Assembly (NCBI RefSeq): GCF_001447785.1
Contig: NW_015170904.1
Location: 392,939-456,938 of the forward strand
Direction: 5' to 3'
DNA: 64,000 bases
DNA from: Gekko japonicus
Lineage: Eukaryota
In this document: piece after piece, positions 1-11,418 of the stretch
Numbering within the stretch: position 1 is the first letter of the stretch
How the letters are laid out: each line of letters starts with the position of its first letter
Position numbers and translations under genes: made by a program
Notes under the pieces: generated by a model
Database searches by the model: none
Told to the model about the DNA's origin: nothing
What the model saw: the letters and a program-made list of their open reading frames with translations, nothing else

Positions 1-118
1 TGGCCCCACTGGTGGACCTCCTGATAGCACTGGTATTTCTGGCCACTGTGTGACACAGAGTGTTGGACTGGATGAGCCTTTGGCCTGATCCAACATTGGC
101 GTCTCTTATGTTCTTATG
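1..118 (+). mobile_element. CR1 LINE 3' UTR/tail fragment
   Basis: Near-identical to the tails at 5340-5461 and 56775-56897, the latter directly following a CR1 ORF2 end; ends in ttatgttcttatg repeat. Confidence 0.85.
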
Positions 119-1286
119 GTCCACATTGAGGACAAAAGCAAGATGTAAATAGCTAAATATATAAATAAATAGTAAATCTGCAAAACTTTCCCCTCTTCTT
201 TTTATGCTCACAGAAACTGACCCTCCCCTCCCCTCCCCTCTATCCTCTCCGTAAAAGTGGTGTATATGATAGCAAATGGTTGCAAAGACACAATATGCTT
301 ATCACCCCTTAGCTTGGCTCCTATTATTGTATCGGCTGATGTGTTAAGAGAATGACTTGTGGTAACACAGCTTTAATAACAGTTTCACTTTTTTTTTAAA
401 AAAAAACCCAAATATTCAGATATAACATGAAAAAATGTATCTTGCGAACACATTCCATGTGGGTGGTAATCACTTTCTGAACCCACAATACATTCTGAAA
501 CCTCAGCATTATTTGTCACATATAACATTGCATTTTCCGGTTATGGGATAATTGAGATGTATTATTTCTAAGTCTGGGCACCCATGGAAACATAAATTCA
601 TCTTCCAAACTGGATGCATGTAGAGATCAGGTTACAGGGGAAGCCATGAACTGTCACTGCTGAAGGAGATCCCAGGCAAGCAAGATGCACAGTTGTGCTT
701 TCCAGACCAGAGACAAAGGCTGAGGAGAGACTGGCAGTATAACGCGTGAGGGAGGCGGGGCAAAAAGACCCGGACCAAGTTATCGGGCCAAATTGCCAGT
801 CTGAACTCAGCCATCGACTGGAAGAAGCCAAGTTATGATGACAGTGGGGTGTCTTTACCTGAGGTCTTAACTACCAGGTTCCGATTGACCACTGAACTTG
901 CCAGGAACTCTCCTGGTGGACCTCTGACCTGGAGGGCTGGGCGAGGGATAAGCTTGGTTCTTTCACTTGTCAGTAGACTCTGTATTTCATGGAATTTCCT
1001 AAATTTATCTTCTGAGTTAATGCAATGACAGCCGAGGTGGTGGTGATCTCTGTGCTCTTTTCTGAGAAGGGATTTTGAGTCTTGCTGGTGTAGAGAAATT
1101 TAGGAGATTTATGCCTATGGAGTTTAATTTATCTGTTACCTCTTGGTCAAAAAGAGATGGGTATAACATGAAACCAGCAGCATTTGAAGTAGCTTACCCT
1201 CAAACACCTAATGCAGGGTTGACTAGGACTTACCATCATGAAAAATTTCCCTTTCCCAAAAGTTTTTTAAAACTTTTTTTTAATTA

Positions 1287-1545
1287 AGAAGAAGAAAGAA
1301 AAGTTGGGTTCACTCAGAGTCTCAGAGCGGCTTGCAATCTCCTTCCCTTCCTCTCCTCACAACAAACACCCTGTGGGGTAGGTGAGGCTGAGAGAGCTCT
1401 GAGAGAATTGCTCTTGAGAGAACAGCTCTGAGAAAACTGTGACTGGCCCAAGGTCATCCAGCTGGCTGCATGTGGAGGAGTGGGGAATCAAACCCGGTTC
1501 TCCAGATTAGAGTTCAGCACTCTAAATCACTACACCAAACTGGCT
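1287..1545 (-). mobile_element. tRNA-derived SINE with L2-like tail (Squam3-like)
   Basis: Minus strand reads agccagtttggtgtagtg (A box)...gggtttgattcccc (B box)...(ttc)n tail; many paralogues in the window. Confidence 0.85.
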
Positions 1546-1589
1546 TTCAGTTAACAACCAGCCTGAGGAAGTTCATACACTGTTACATG

Positions 1590-1798
1590 CAGGGGTCATT
1601 TGGGGGGGGACGCGGGGGGACGCCATCCCCCCGGGTGAGGTGCGGGAGGGCGGGGCCTGGAGCTCCCTGCTGGTGCCCACTGGAGGTCGCCGCCGGCTGT
1701 GGGGAGGACACACTTCCGGTGATGTCAGGGGGTGTGACATATGCTAATGAGTTATGCTAATGAGTCCCCCTAGCTCTTTTTCTACGAAATGACCCCTG
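1590..1798. mobile_element. Non-autonomous hAT element (MITE)
   Basis: TIRs caggggtcattt / aaatgacccctg; perfect 8-bp TSD gttacatg (1582-1589, 1799-1806). Confidence 0.9.
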
Positions 1799-2903
1799 GT
1801 TACATGTCATTTGACTGGTCCTAATAAAAAGATACTGTGTGGCTTGTGAGTATAAGAGTAAGCTCAGTCACATAAATGGCTTGAAGATTTCATTGTCAGT
1901 GCTAAAAAATTTCAGACAGTTGGCATCTGTTTTGGGGGGGGGAGGAAGGGTGATCTTTAGGCAAACCAGCTTAATGTGCAATGCTACATTTGTTGAGTAT
2001 CCTCTTAAATACAATGGTTGAAACTATTATGGTTCTTTCTGCCTAGTCCTAAATCTGAACTGGCTGCCCCACAGAACTGTTACTGCTATAACCTTGCATT
2101 GCTATACATTCCAGCTAACAGTGCAGTGAATCAATAAGATTAAAAAAAAAAGATAATTCTGCTCACTACCCACAATCAAGGAGTCACTCCAATTGTCAGG
2201 GACATTCCCTTTCTTACTACCGTCTCAGACCCATGTGGCTTGTCCATGAAAGTCCCATGATCCCTAGCATGGCCTTTGGCATGCTCAAAGAGGTGCCTTC
2301 CCTCCCCTTTTCATGGAAAAAGCTGGTTGGAGCCAACCCAATAAATGATACTCTGCAATGGATGGCTCTCTGTTGTGAGGCTGTACAAAATTCCTTGCTT
2401 TTAGATGTTAACTCCCTTGCTGAAATGTAAGTAGGACAATTTGTGACCATTTGCATACAAAAAAGGTAGCAAACTCACATCTTGCCCCATAAACACTAGG
2501 TGGCCTTAGGTAAACCTTTGTCTCTCAGTCCCCATCTAAAATACTTGACAGCCACTGCAATGTAGTGGTTAGAGTGTTGGGTAGCCAGCTCCCATCTTCC
2601 CTTGTAAACACTATGTGGCTTTAGATAAAATAAATTATTGTATGAAATTGTGTGTGGTATAGCCAGGAGATCCTAAGATTGTCTGGAAGCCTGAAACTGT
2701 AGCTCTTTGTGGTGAGCTAGTCTTACGTTTTGGGCTGGGAGAGCTGTGACTGACCCAAGGTCACCAGCTTGGCATCAGGTTCTCCAGATTAGAATCCATC
2801 ACTCATAACCAGTACACCACACTGGCTCCCTAGGCGGTGGCCTTAGGTAAACCATTGTCTCTCTTAGTCCTCATCTGAAATACTTGACAGCCACTGTAAT
2901 GTA

Positions 2904-3149
2904 ATGCCTGGGTTCCCTGCCCGATCTTCGCTTTGGGTTGGCTGGGGAGGGGAAGGGGAGGCGGGCAGAAATGCCCCCCCTTTCCCTTGAGCCTCTCAGC
3001 TTTCGCCCCACAGCTGCAGGACACCTAGAGAAGATTGGGCAGGGAACCCAGGCATGTTTGCATGCATACCCTTTGTCAGGGGGTGTGGCTTATGCAAATG
3101 AGTTATGCAAACGAGCTCCTGCACCTCTTTTTCTAGGAAATGACCCCTG
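2904..3149 (-). mobile_element. One arm of a caggggtcattt hAT element
   Basis: TIR aaatgacccctg ending at 3149, with the same subterminal block as 1730-1798 and 44522-44620. Confidence 0.75.
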
Positions 3150-3604
3150 TCTACCTATACCTTGTGGCTAATAGCCACTGATGGACCTCTGCTCCATATG
3201 CTTATCTAATTCCCTCTTGAAGCCGTCCATGCTTGTAGCCGCCACCACCTCCTGTGGCAGTGAATTCCATGTGTTAATCACTCTTTGGGTGAAGAAGTAC
3301 TTCCTTTTATTCGTTCTAACCCGACTGCTCAGCAATTTCATTGAGTGCCCACAAGTTCTTGTATTGTGAGAAAGGGAGAAAAGTACCTCTTTCTCTACCT
3401 GCTCTTTCTCATGCATACTCTTATAAACCTCAATCATGTCACCCATCGGCCGTTGTTTCTCCAAACTAAAGAGCCCCAAGCGTCTTAACCTTTCTTCATA
3501 GGGAAAGTGTTCAAACCCTTTTATCATTCTAGTTGTCCTTTTCTGCATTTTTCCCAGTGCTATAATATCCTTTTTGAGGTGTGGTGACCAGAACTATACA
3601 CAGT
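3150..3604 (-). mobile_element. CR1 LINE ORF2 C-terminal fragment
   Basis: ORF 3168-3548: YEERLRRLGLFSLEK...GDMIEVYK...RKYFFTQRVINTWNSLP, a typical CR1 ORF2 end; closely similar to 56290-56693. Confidence 0.92.
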
Positions 3605-4057
3605 TCTTAGTCATTCTTGCGTAATTTGGATCCTTGCATTCCTCTCGATTTTGCATTGTTAGTCATAACCCATAATTAATTTCCTCCATCCCTTGCCATC
3701 CTTTAACTAAACTGAGTTAAAATGTCAAATTTTAAAAAAGAAAAAATATATACATATTATAGGAAGAAGCTTAATAACCTTAAGTTTCTTAGCAGAAATC
3801 TTTTTTTTAATGTACACAATTTAATCCGACATCTTCAATAGGAATTGAAAACTAGCAGTCATTTACACTTCAGGAAACTCCAAAAATATGGTTAGAGAGT
3901 GTTGGACTAGGCCTAATAGGAGCCTCCACACAACTTGCATGGAAGGTAAATAACATCTCTAGTAAAGGGGCCGCATTTTCTTTTTCTCTCTCTAGGCAGT
4001 TGGCAGGTTACAACGACGCTTGGGGTCTGAGCCCCCAGCAGCAGACTGGTCCTCTCA

Positions 4058-4222
4058 AGAGTCCAGTAGCACCTTAAAGACTAACAAGATCTGTGGCAGG
4101 GCAGGAGCTGGTATCTGAAGAAGTGAGCAATGACTCACAAAGGCTCCTAACACGCCACAAATTCTGTAAGTCTTTAAGCTGCTACCAGACTCTTAACTCT
4201 TTCGTACTTCTACAGACAGACC
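4058..4222. mobile_element. Penelope-like pseudo-LTR inverted fragment
   Basis: gagtccagtagcaccttaaagactaac ... gtctttaagctgctaccagactc inverted arms around a degenerate hammerhead core ctgaagaagtgag...ctcac. Confidence 0.65.
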
Positions 4223-4229
4223 CGTCTTG

Positions 4230-5255
4230 GTCCTCTCAAAACATTCCAGACTTGAGGGAACAGGCTCCATTCCAGCGGCAGTTCAGTTTTTACAGCTTCA
4301 GGCACCCCTGTCACCATCCATCTCCCCCAGACCATGCCCAGAGCTCCTTCAGAGTTTGGCTCATCGCTCAGTCCCTACTGGCCTCCTCCTCCTCCTCAGT
4401 GGGGGCCCAAGCCGACCAGCTCCTAGATGGCAGACGGGCAGGCACTGCACGCCCTCTCTTGCCTACCATGCAGCAGTGTCGCGCTCCCCCACCAGGTGGC
4501 TGTTCCCAGCCTCACTGAACTCCATCTTCTCTCACCACGGAAGCTGCCAGATCTGGCCTTTGTTCCGCTTCCCTCAGTGGCAGAGCTTAGCGCTCCACTG
4601 TTGCTCTCAGTTTGAAGGGGAGCCAACCACATAGCTCCTCTCCAGGGGGAGCGGAAAGGCAGGCACGGTGCTTCCTTGCCCTCCCTGGCTGGAGTGGAGA
4701 CCTCCTCCTTGCTCCCTTTGGCCAGGCTCAGAGCTGCTCCCCACACCTGCCAAACATCTCCCCCTCCTGCTCCATTTCCCCTCAACCCCTGGCCGGCCCT
4801 CACTCCACAAGTGCCACCGCCGCGCACAAAGGTGGGACGCCGGCGGGCCACTCGGTGCTAGGCAGCAGAGGCGATGGCACGGCACTGTCTGGGGTCTGAG
4901 CATTGGGGTGGGCTGAGACGGAGATAGCCGAGCCGAGCCGAGTGCTGCGTTTTGCCTCTGTGAATGTGCCATTCTGGGTGCTGCCGGACAGCAGCAGTGA
5001 GTGGTTCCGACTGTGTCGCGGAGACAGCCTGGCCACCTGCGCTGGGGAGGAGGAGGATGGGGGGCTTCCTCCAGCTGCTCTTGGGTTACTTGGTGGCAGT
5101 GGACCTGGTCACCTGGATGTGTTGGGCACAGGAGAAAGGCGGCCCACACGGGCCTGGGCGGGCGGGCGGGCCAGGAAAGACAGCAGGAGGGCACTCTCTG
5201 GGCTCCTTCCCGCTGGAGCACCGTTCCAGTGTGCTCCGGTAGGAAATGACCCCTG
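4230..5255 (+). mobile_element. Second arm of a hAT element with GC-rich interior (left boundary uncertain)
   Basis: Ends in TIR aaatgacccctg at 5255; GC-rich sequence upstream contrasts with the AT-rich background. Confidence 0.5.
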
Positions 5256-5461
5256 TAGATAGGATCTCTCAGGCTGGGGCAAGGGATGCACTGTATTCTT
5301 GGTGCTTGGGGGGGCAACAGTGGGAGGGCTGTTAGTGTCCTGGCCCCACTGCTGGACCTCCTGATGGCACCTGGTATTTTTGGCCACTGTGTGACAGAGT
5401 GTAGGACTAGATGGGCCATTGGCCTGATTCAACATTGGCTTATCTTATGTTCTTATGTTCT
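5256..5461 (+). mobile_element. CR1 3' UTR/tail
   Basis: Colinear with 56697-56897; ends ttatgttcttatgttct. Confidence 0.85.
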
Positions 5462-5726
5462 AAAGGTTGAAATCCTAAGAATGTTTATCTGGGAGTACCC
5501 CATTACTTCTGAGAACACCTGATTAGGCTTCCTCCCACAGTTATTTTAAATCCGACTGGTCTCAGCTGAAGAATTAAGCCTATGTTTAGCTATATCACAC
5601 TAGTTTCAATAGGACTTTGTGTATGTAAAGTGCTGGAAAGTCAGAGCAGACTTATGGCAATCTCAGCAAGGGACTTTCAAGGCAAGTGAGAAGCAGAGTT
5701 GGTTTGCTATTGCCTTCTTCTGCAGG

Positions 5727-5902
5727 GTAGGATTGCCAGGTCCCATGTTCTCTGTGGCAGGGGAATTTGGGGGGCGGTCCGGGAGGGAGCGGGGCCATCC
5801 CCGATGCAAATGACATCATGCAGAGTGATGTCATCATGTCCGGGACGTAGCACCATGTGTGCACGCCCCCCCTGGTTTCCCTCAACCATTTAAAGGGAAC
5901 CT
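5727..5902. mobile_element. Partial hAT (tagggttgcca-type TIR) MITE
   Basis: Starts taggattgccaggtcccat; reverse-complement paralogue of 27490-27667. Confidence 0.7.
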
Positions 5903-6002
5903 TTACTGAAGGATCTGAACCTGATTGCTAGTGTTGTCCAAAACCAATGGGAACCTCAAATAAGAACAAGATACAAGTATAGTAAAAAAAAAAAAAGATT
6001 AA

Positions 6003-6091
6003 TACTGCAATCCTACACAGTACTGCACCTTTCTGAACCCACTGACTTCAGTGGAGCTACAGACATTTAGCTTTACTTAGGAATGCACTGT
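6003..6091. mobile_element. Short palindromic MITE
   Basis: tgcaatccta...taggaatgca fold-back; paralogues at 7012-7098 and 17492-17580. Confidence 0.65.
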
Positions 6092-7011
6092 GAATGATCT
6101 TAACTTCTACAGAATCAGAGAGAAACATGCTACTATAATGCCCTTCCTCTTTTTAATGCAGAAAATATGCTTTCTGTTCAGTACTGAGAAGGTTTAGAAG
6201 GACTACAGAAACGTCCTGTTAGGAATGAAAAATACAGCCTTGCTAATGCAATGAGCAGTTTGATCACTAACACAAAAGACAGGACTCACCTGAAATTAAG
6301 CCATCAAAGCAATTGAGCTTGATCTCAATCAGCCAAACTCTTAACCTTTGTTATTTTGATGGCACCACTCCAATTAGAGCCCCTCTGTCACCATTTCCAT
6401 TACAGACTCCTACTACTATGGGTTTATTGTCTTGGTGCTTTCCATTCTCAACAAGATGAACAGTACATCTGTAAGTTTCCAGTCAAAATGCAAATTACTA
6501 TATGGCATGTATGTCTACTTTATTTTAAATTCTGTTAAAGAGATGAGTTTTATTCTTTCTGAAATCATGACAGAAAATCAATGGTAGTACAGACAAAAAA
6601 AAATCTTTGTGCACACAAATATAGCAGTTGATTAGCCAAGTTGTATAGAACAATTTATATTGTTCAGCTTTACCCACATTAATAAATGCAGTATTTATTC
6701 TCTTATTGAGGGTAAATCACATAGGATATTCTCAGGCATCCATTCTGATGATGTCGTACAGGATCCAGCCACCTCCAGAAGAAGAAGGTTCTATGAGGTT
6801 TCACACACAAAATGTGTTTCTTTCATTGTATATATTATGGTGCTGACATACATCCCATGACTGTCATTTGGATCATCACAGAATGAATGTACATTAGCTC
6901 CCCCCAAAAAGTCCTCTTGATTTGCACAATTTGGTGCTGTGTTCTGAGATTGCCTGCCAGCTATACTTACTGGGCTTTCAAATTACTGTTTCATTTTATC
7001 TGGGAACTAAC

Positions 7012-7098
7012 ACTGCAATCCTAAAAAGAGTTACATCCTTCTAAGTCCAGTGAAGCCAATGGGTTTAAAGGGGTGTTACTCTGCTTAGGACTGCACTA
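7012..7098. mobile_element. Short palindromic MITE
   Basis: ctgcaatcctaaaaagagttac...gttactctgcttaggactgcact, self-complementary. Confidence 0.7.
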
Positions 7099-8074
7099 TA
7101 AACATATGCAATGAATTCCAAAATCGTGAATATTTCAAGTTTTATAGGCATAAGATAAATGACAAATAGAAATGGCAACTAAATATGACAGAGTACAGCA
7201 GAGGTCCTGCAAAATAGCTGCCAGATCCCAGAGAAGTGGCTCATTCACCCAGATGGCTAATTCCTATTTTCTTTAGAAGTACTGGAGCAGAGAGAAAAAT
7301 TTAAAATAAAATAAAATAATTAAAAATATTTTTAAACCCTATGAAAAAATATAGATGAAATTCTGAGCATAATATTTATACCTCATGTGATGAAAAACAT
7401 AGAAGAACAGAGAAAACAGTGTCAAAGTACATGCTATTAAAATAAGGCTTGTTTCTGAAGTATAGGGCAGTATGGAAGCTTAACATACATATCAAACATT
7501 ATAACTGAAGAACAAATTCCAGTCTGGCATCAGATTCATCTATTTAGAGTTCCCAAACAGATGAAGCAGATCTCAGGATTTTCATAAATGTTAAGAAAAC
7601 CCAGCAAAATCCAGCATCTTCAGCACCTTGAAGCCTAGGTCCTTCTGCTACTGAGGACTCATATCCTGACACCTTCATAGCAACAGAGTACTTCTTAATC
7701 CCAACCAGAACCCTGAGAGTTTTGTTTCTAACAAGGAGACCTCCCAACCTCCCTCTCAGTTGCCTGCCCCTGCTTGGTGGCAGTGCAGAGGACAAAATGT
7801 CCACAAACTAGCATTGTGTCACTTCCGGCAAATAACTGGAAACAATGTAGCTGATGGGATGCTCTCAGATTCGGACACGACTCTATAGCATTCACCAGAA
7901 ACGACAATCAAAGCAATCATTCCACTTGTCTCTGTCCCACTCCCCAAACGTAGTTTATAAGCATTTTAAAAGACTTGAACACATGTAACAGGTTTATTTG
8001 AACTAAAACTTTTTAAGAAGCAGGAACTTGGTCAGGCTGCTGCTTGCTTTGAGAACAGCCAAAATGGAGATTAT

Positions 8075-8592
8075 GGCCCCGGTCACACGGGCCAGATATC
8101 GCGGGGGGGGGGGGGGGGAGGCGTGGCTGTTTGCCCCGGAACGAACTACTGCGTGGCCGCCGGATCAAACATCCCACCGATGTCCCATGGTTCAGGGGGA
8201 GGTGCCGATCTTATGTCAATCCTGCAGCGTGGCAAAGAAGCGGCCCGGCGGGTTGTTGGTTTTTTTTACCTAAGTGTGCGTATGCGCCGTTGGGTGCGTT
8301 TGCACATCCCGTGGAGACTTGAAGAAAAAAAACCCTTTTCGCGATGGGACATGGGCGGGCGCCAGATGCCACAAGCTACCACCGGAAACGTGATCAGACG
8401 CCCACCCTTGCCCCGCGGTTTCCGGAAACTAGTACCTCAGAGGTACTAGTTTTTTATGGCGCATCTTCGGCGGGAAGCCTCGGGTTAGCCACGGAAGCTC
8501 TACGCTTCCCAGATGTTGCGGTTTGATTGCACCCGGAAAATCCGCCTATCTTCCGTCTCTGTAGCGTGGCTAATGCTCCGTGTGACGCAGCC
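8075..8592. mobile_element. CpG-rich MITE with PIF/Harbinger-like TIRs
   Basis: ggccccggtcacacgg ... ccgtgtgacgcagcc; shares a 20-mer (accgcaacatctgggaagcg, opposite strand) with 61934-62264. Confidence 0.65.
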
Positions 8593-8769
8593 AAAATTTC
8601 TTTTCTTTTTTTAAAAAAAGTTTTAAAAATTAAAGCATTTCTGTGTTGTCTTTGCTGAGATTCAAAATCAAAAGAGAAGTTCCCCCTTTTCAAAAAGGTG
8701 CTATGAACAACTCTCACACTTTTCACCAATTACCTTGTGGAATTCACAGCCACAAGATATAATGACAGC

Positions 8770-8893
8770 AAGAAGTGAGCAGTTACTCATGAAAGCTCAT
8801 ACCCTTACACAAATTTTGTTAGTCTTTAATGTGCTACTGGACTTTTGCTCTTTTCTACTGCTATGGACAGACTAACATGGCTACCCATCTTGA
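8770..8893 (+). mobile_element. Penelope-like pLTR fragment inside an old CR1 3' end
   Basis: agaagtgagcagttactcatgaaagctcatac...actaacatggctaccc; flanks (8730-8770, 8895-8990, 9460-9550) resemble a CR1 3' end. Confidence 0.6.
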
Positions 8894-8999
8894 TAGCAAC
8901 CAGGTTAGACAAAGTCACAGTTCCTTCAATGACCATGATAATTAAAGGAAGCTCCATTTTTCAGAGGAAGTAAATGCTCCAGTTACTAGGGGCTTAAAA

Positions 9000-9426
9000 C
9001 AGGGGTGTCAGACTCATTTGTTATGAGGGCTGGATCTGACATAAATGAGACCTTATTGGGCCAGGCCATGCGTGTAATAAAATGTAATGCCAGGTAGCAG
9101 AGATATAAACTTTATATAGGACACAAAGGGTTTTTTTTACTTAAAATAAAAATATGCTTAAAACATTAGCACTCTTGCAATATTTTGTTTATTTAACAGT
9201 GTCTGATAACTGACACCTCTTGCTCTGAATTATTAAATCAAAATGTCTGTGCTGTTGCAATCTTGAGTATGCTGTTCAGGTGTGTATCTGTAAGCTGCAA
9301 ACCTACGATGATGCAGCAGCAGCAGAACTCGAAGAAGAAGCAGAAGACAGCCAGTTCCACTGCAGGCCTGACAGAAGTCCTCTGGGGGCCTGATCTGGCC
9401 CCCAGGCCGCATGTTTGACATTCCTG
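9000..9426. mobile_element. Non-autonomous hAT (Charlie-like) element
   Basis: TIRs caggggtgtcagac / gtttgacattcctg; degenerate 8-bp TSD gcttaaaa / gcgtagaa; same ends as 43640-44067. Confidence 0.8.
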
Positions 9427-10042
9427 GCGTAGAACTCTGTGTCTTGACTTTATACTTTCTGGGTACCCAGCTGGCTACTGTGGAAAATAAGGCGCTGGAC
9501 TAGATGGACTTTTCTTCTGATGCAGAAGGGTTCTTCATGTATTCCTATGGCTCACCAGTACATGTCCATTTCCCTAATGGGAAAGGCATTTAAATCCCCC
9601 CAGGCGGCACTAGCACTACTAGTGAGCAAATAGATGCTATCTTTTGTCTGTAGATAATTAGCTGTGTGCTCCTAAACTTCTCTAAGGCTTCTAAGTGCTG
9701 AACCTTGGACAACAGGGCAATGGCTTGCTCACTCAGAACTGTACTGGTCTCTGTCAGAACTCCTGCCTGATAGCCAGTCTTACAGCTGCTGCTGAAGGAT
9801 TTTTTTTGAGCACTTTTTGCAGTGCGGGCAAACCTACAGAGCTCTGTTGCTTGGCTTAATGCTCCATGTGAAGGCCTTGTTCTCCGGCTGCTCTGGACAG
9901 CCACTGTCAGCAGGGGTAGTGGCAAGGGAGCCTCACATCTGCTCAGGTTCCTGTCTAGAAAACAGGGCTTGGAGGCAGAGTTGCCAACAGGCCTGGAGAA
10001 GAATGTCCTGTATCTTTAAGAGAGGCTTAATGTACAGAAAGC

Positions 10043-10140
10043 CTGAACTGGATGGCCCAGGCTTCAGGGTTCAGAAGCTAAGCAGGGACCAGACCTAGTT
10101 AGTAGTTGGATGGGAAACCACCAGTCCAGGGGTTGCTACA
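10043..10140 (+). mobile_element. 5S rRNA-derived SINE fragment
   Basis: cagaagctaagcaggg...gttagtagttggatgggaaacc matches the 5S internal promoter region. Confidence 0.7.
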
Positions 10141-11334
10141 CAAACTGCTGACGTTTCTCAAGGCATGGAGCAGGGGTCCCCAGCACGGTGCCTGTGGGCG
10201 CCACGACACCCTCCAACACCTTTTCTGGCACCATTTGTAGGTAGGATAAGTATTAAGTCTTGTGGCAGAAAGCATTATGTGGCAGATTGCTGGAGAGGGG
10301 GTTGCATTTGGAAAGAGGTTGCTTTCTTCTGTAGATTGGTCTTTCTGGTGTTTGTTTGATGTTAGATGTTCAGGATATAAGCAAAGTACAAAAAGGGATT
10401 TGTGTGAGCATGATATCTTTCACAGTGAGCCGTCACCTCCATTTAAAATCTTTACTATTAACTGTGCAACAAGTACAATGGCTTTGTGGCTGGCATATGA
10501 CTACTTTGATCCCTAAACCTCACTGTTATTTTTCAGTTTCTGTGTCAAACTAAAATCTGTACTGTGACAGGCCCAGTGTTGTTTCAAAATTGTCTCAGAA
10601 GATCAAAGCTGGTGGCCCTGTTCTAAAAGATGATTGATCATCACCATTGTGTACATGAAAAGCTGATTAAACTGCAGATAAACACAGGGTGTGATCTCTG
10701 AACCTCTTTCCACCCAAAATACGGGCTTTGGTGTGGATAATTCAGGGAATTATTTATATTTTTTAATCAGCATCAAATTCTGGTGATGGATTTCAAACAT
10801 TTGCATAATTTGACCAAAGAGTGCTTCTAAGCAATTCAAATTGGGAAGGTAATTTAGAATGAATGGTTGATATCTGTTCTGCGGGGGGTGGGAAAATCAA
10901 GAATGGAGATCAGCTCTATGATAGAATGACCCCCCCCCCCCCCCCCCCCACTATACATCCTGGACATCCAGCAGAGCTTGTTGAATGGGAAAGGGCTCAC
11001 TGGATCCTGCTTTATGATTATTTTTTGCCATCAAGATTGTTTTTTTTTAAAGCTCTGGTTATTGCAGTTAATGTTGTGTTTCTAATTTTTGGTGGACTTG
11101 CTATTTTTCATGTATCCAGTTAACTTTTAAAATTACAGCCTTGCTTACAAAGCTGTACATAGTCTTGGTTAGCGAGTTCTCAATAACTGTATGTAGATAC
11201 TACAATTCTCTTTCTGGAACTGAGATAGGACTGTGCTTCCAACCGTTGATAATATAGTTAGTATTAGCATTACTACATCATTGTTCTAGTTAGTCTCTGG
11301 GCAAAGGTTACAGAAGTCCCCACAAGCTTGCATT

Positions 11335-11418
11335 GTATGTATGTATGTATGTATGTATGTATGTATGTATGTATGTATGTATTTATTTCATTTCATTTCA
11401 TTTCATTTCATTTCATTT
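11335..11418. repeat. (TATG)n + (TTTCA)n microsatellite, probably an expanded SINE tail
   Basis: Visible tandem repeats followed by a SINE 3' remnant (ttataccctacctt...). Confidence 0.9.

Noticed and set aside
4093-5435. Many overlapping ORFs of up to 270 aa
   Set aside because: Stop-codon scarcity in GC-rich DNA; no recognisable domain; they run across TE boundaries
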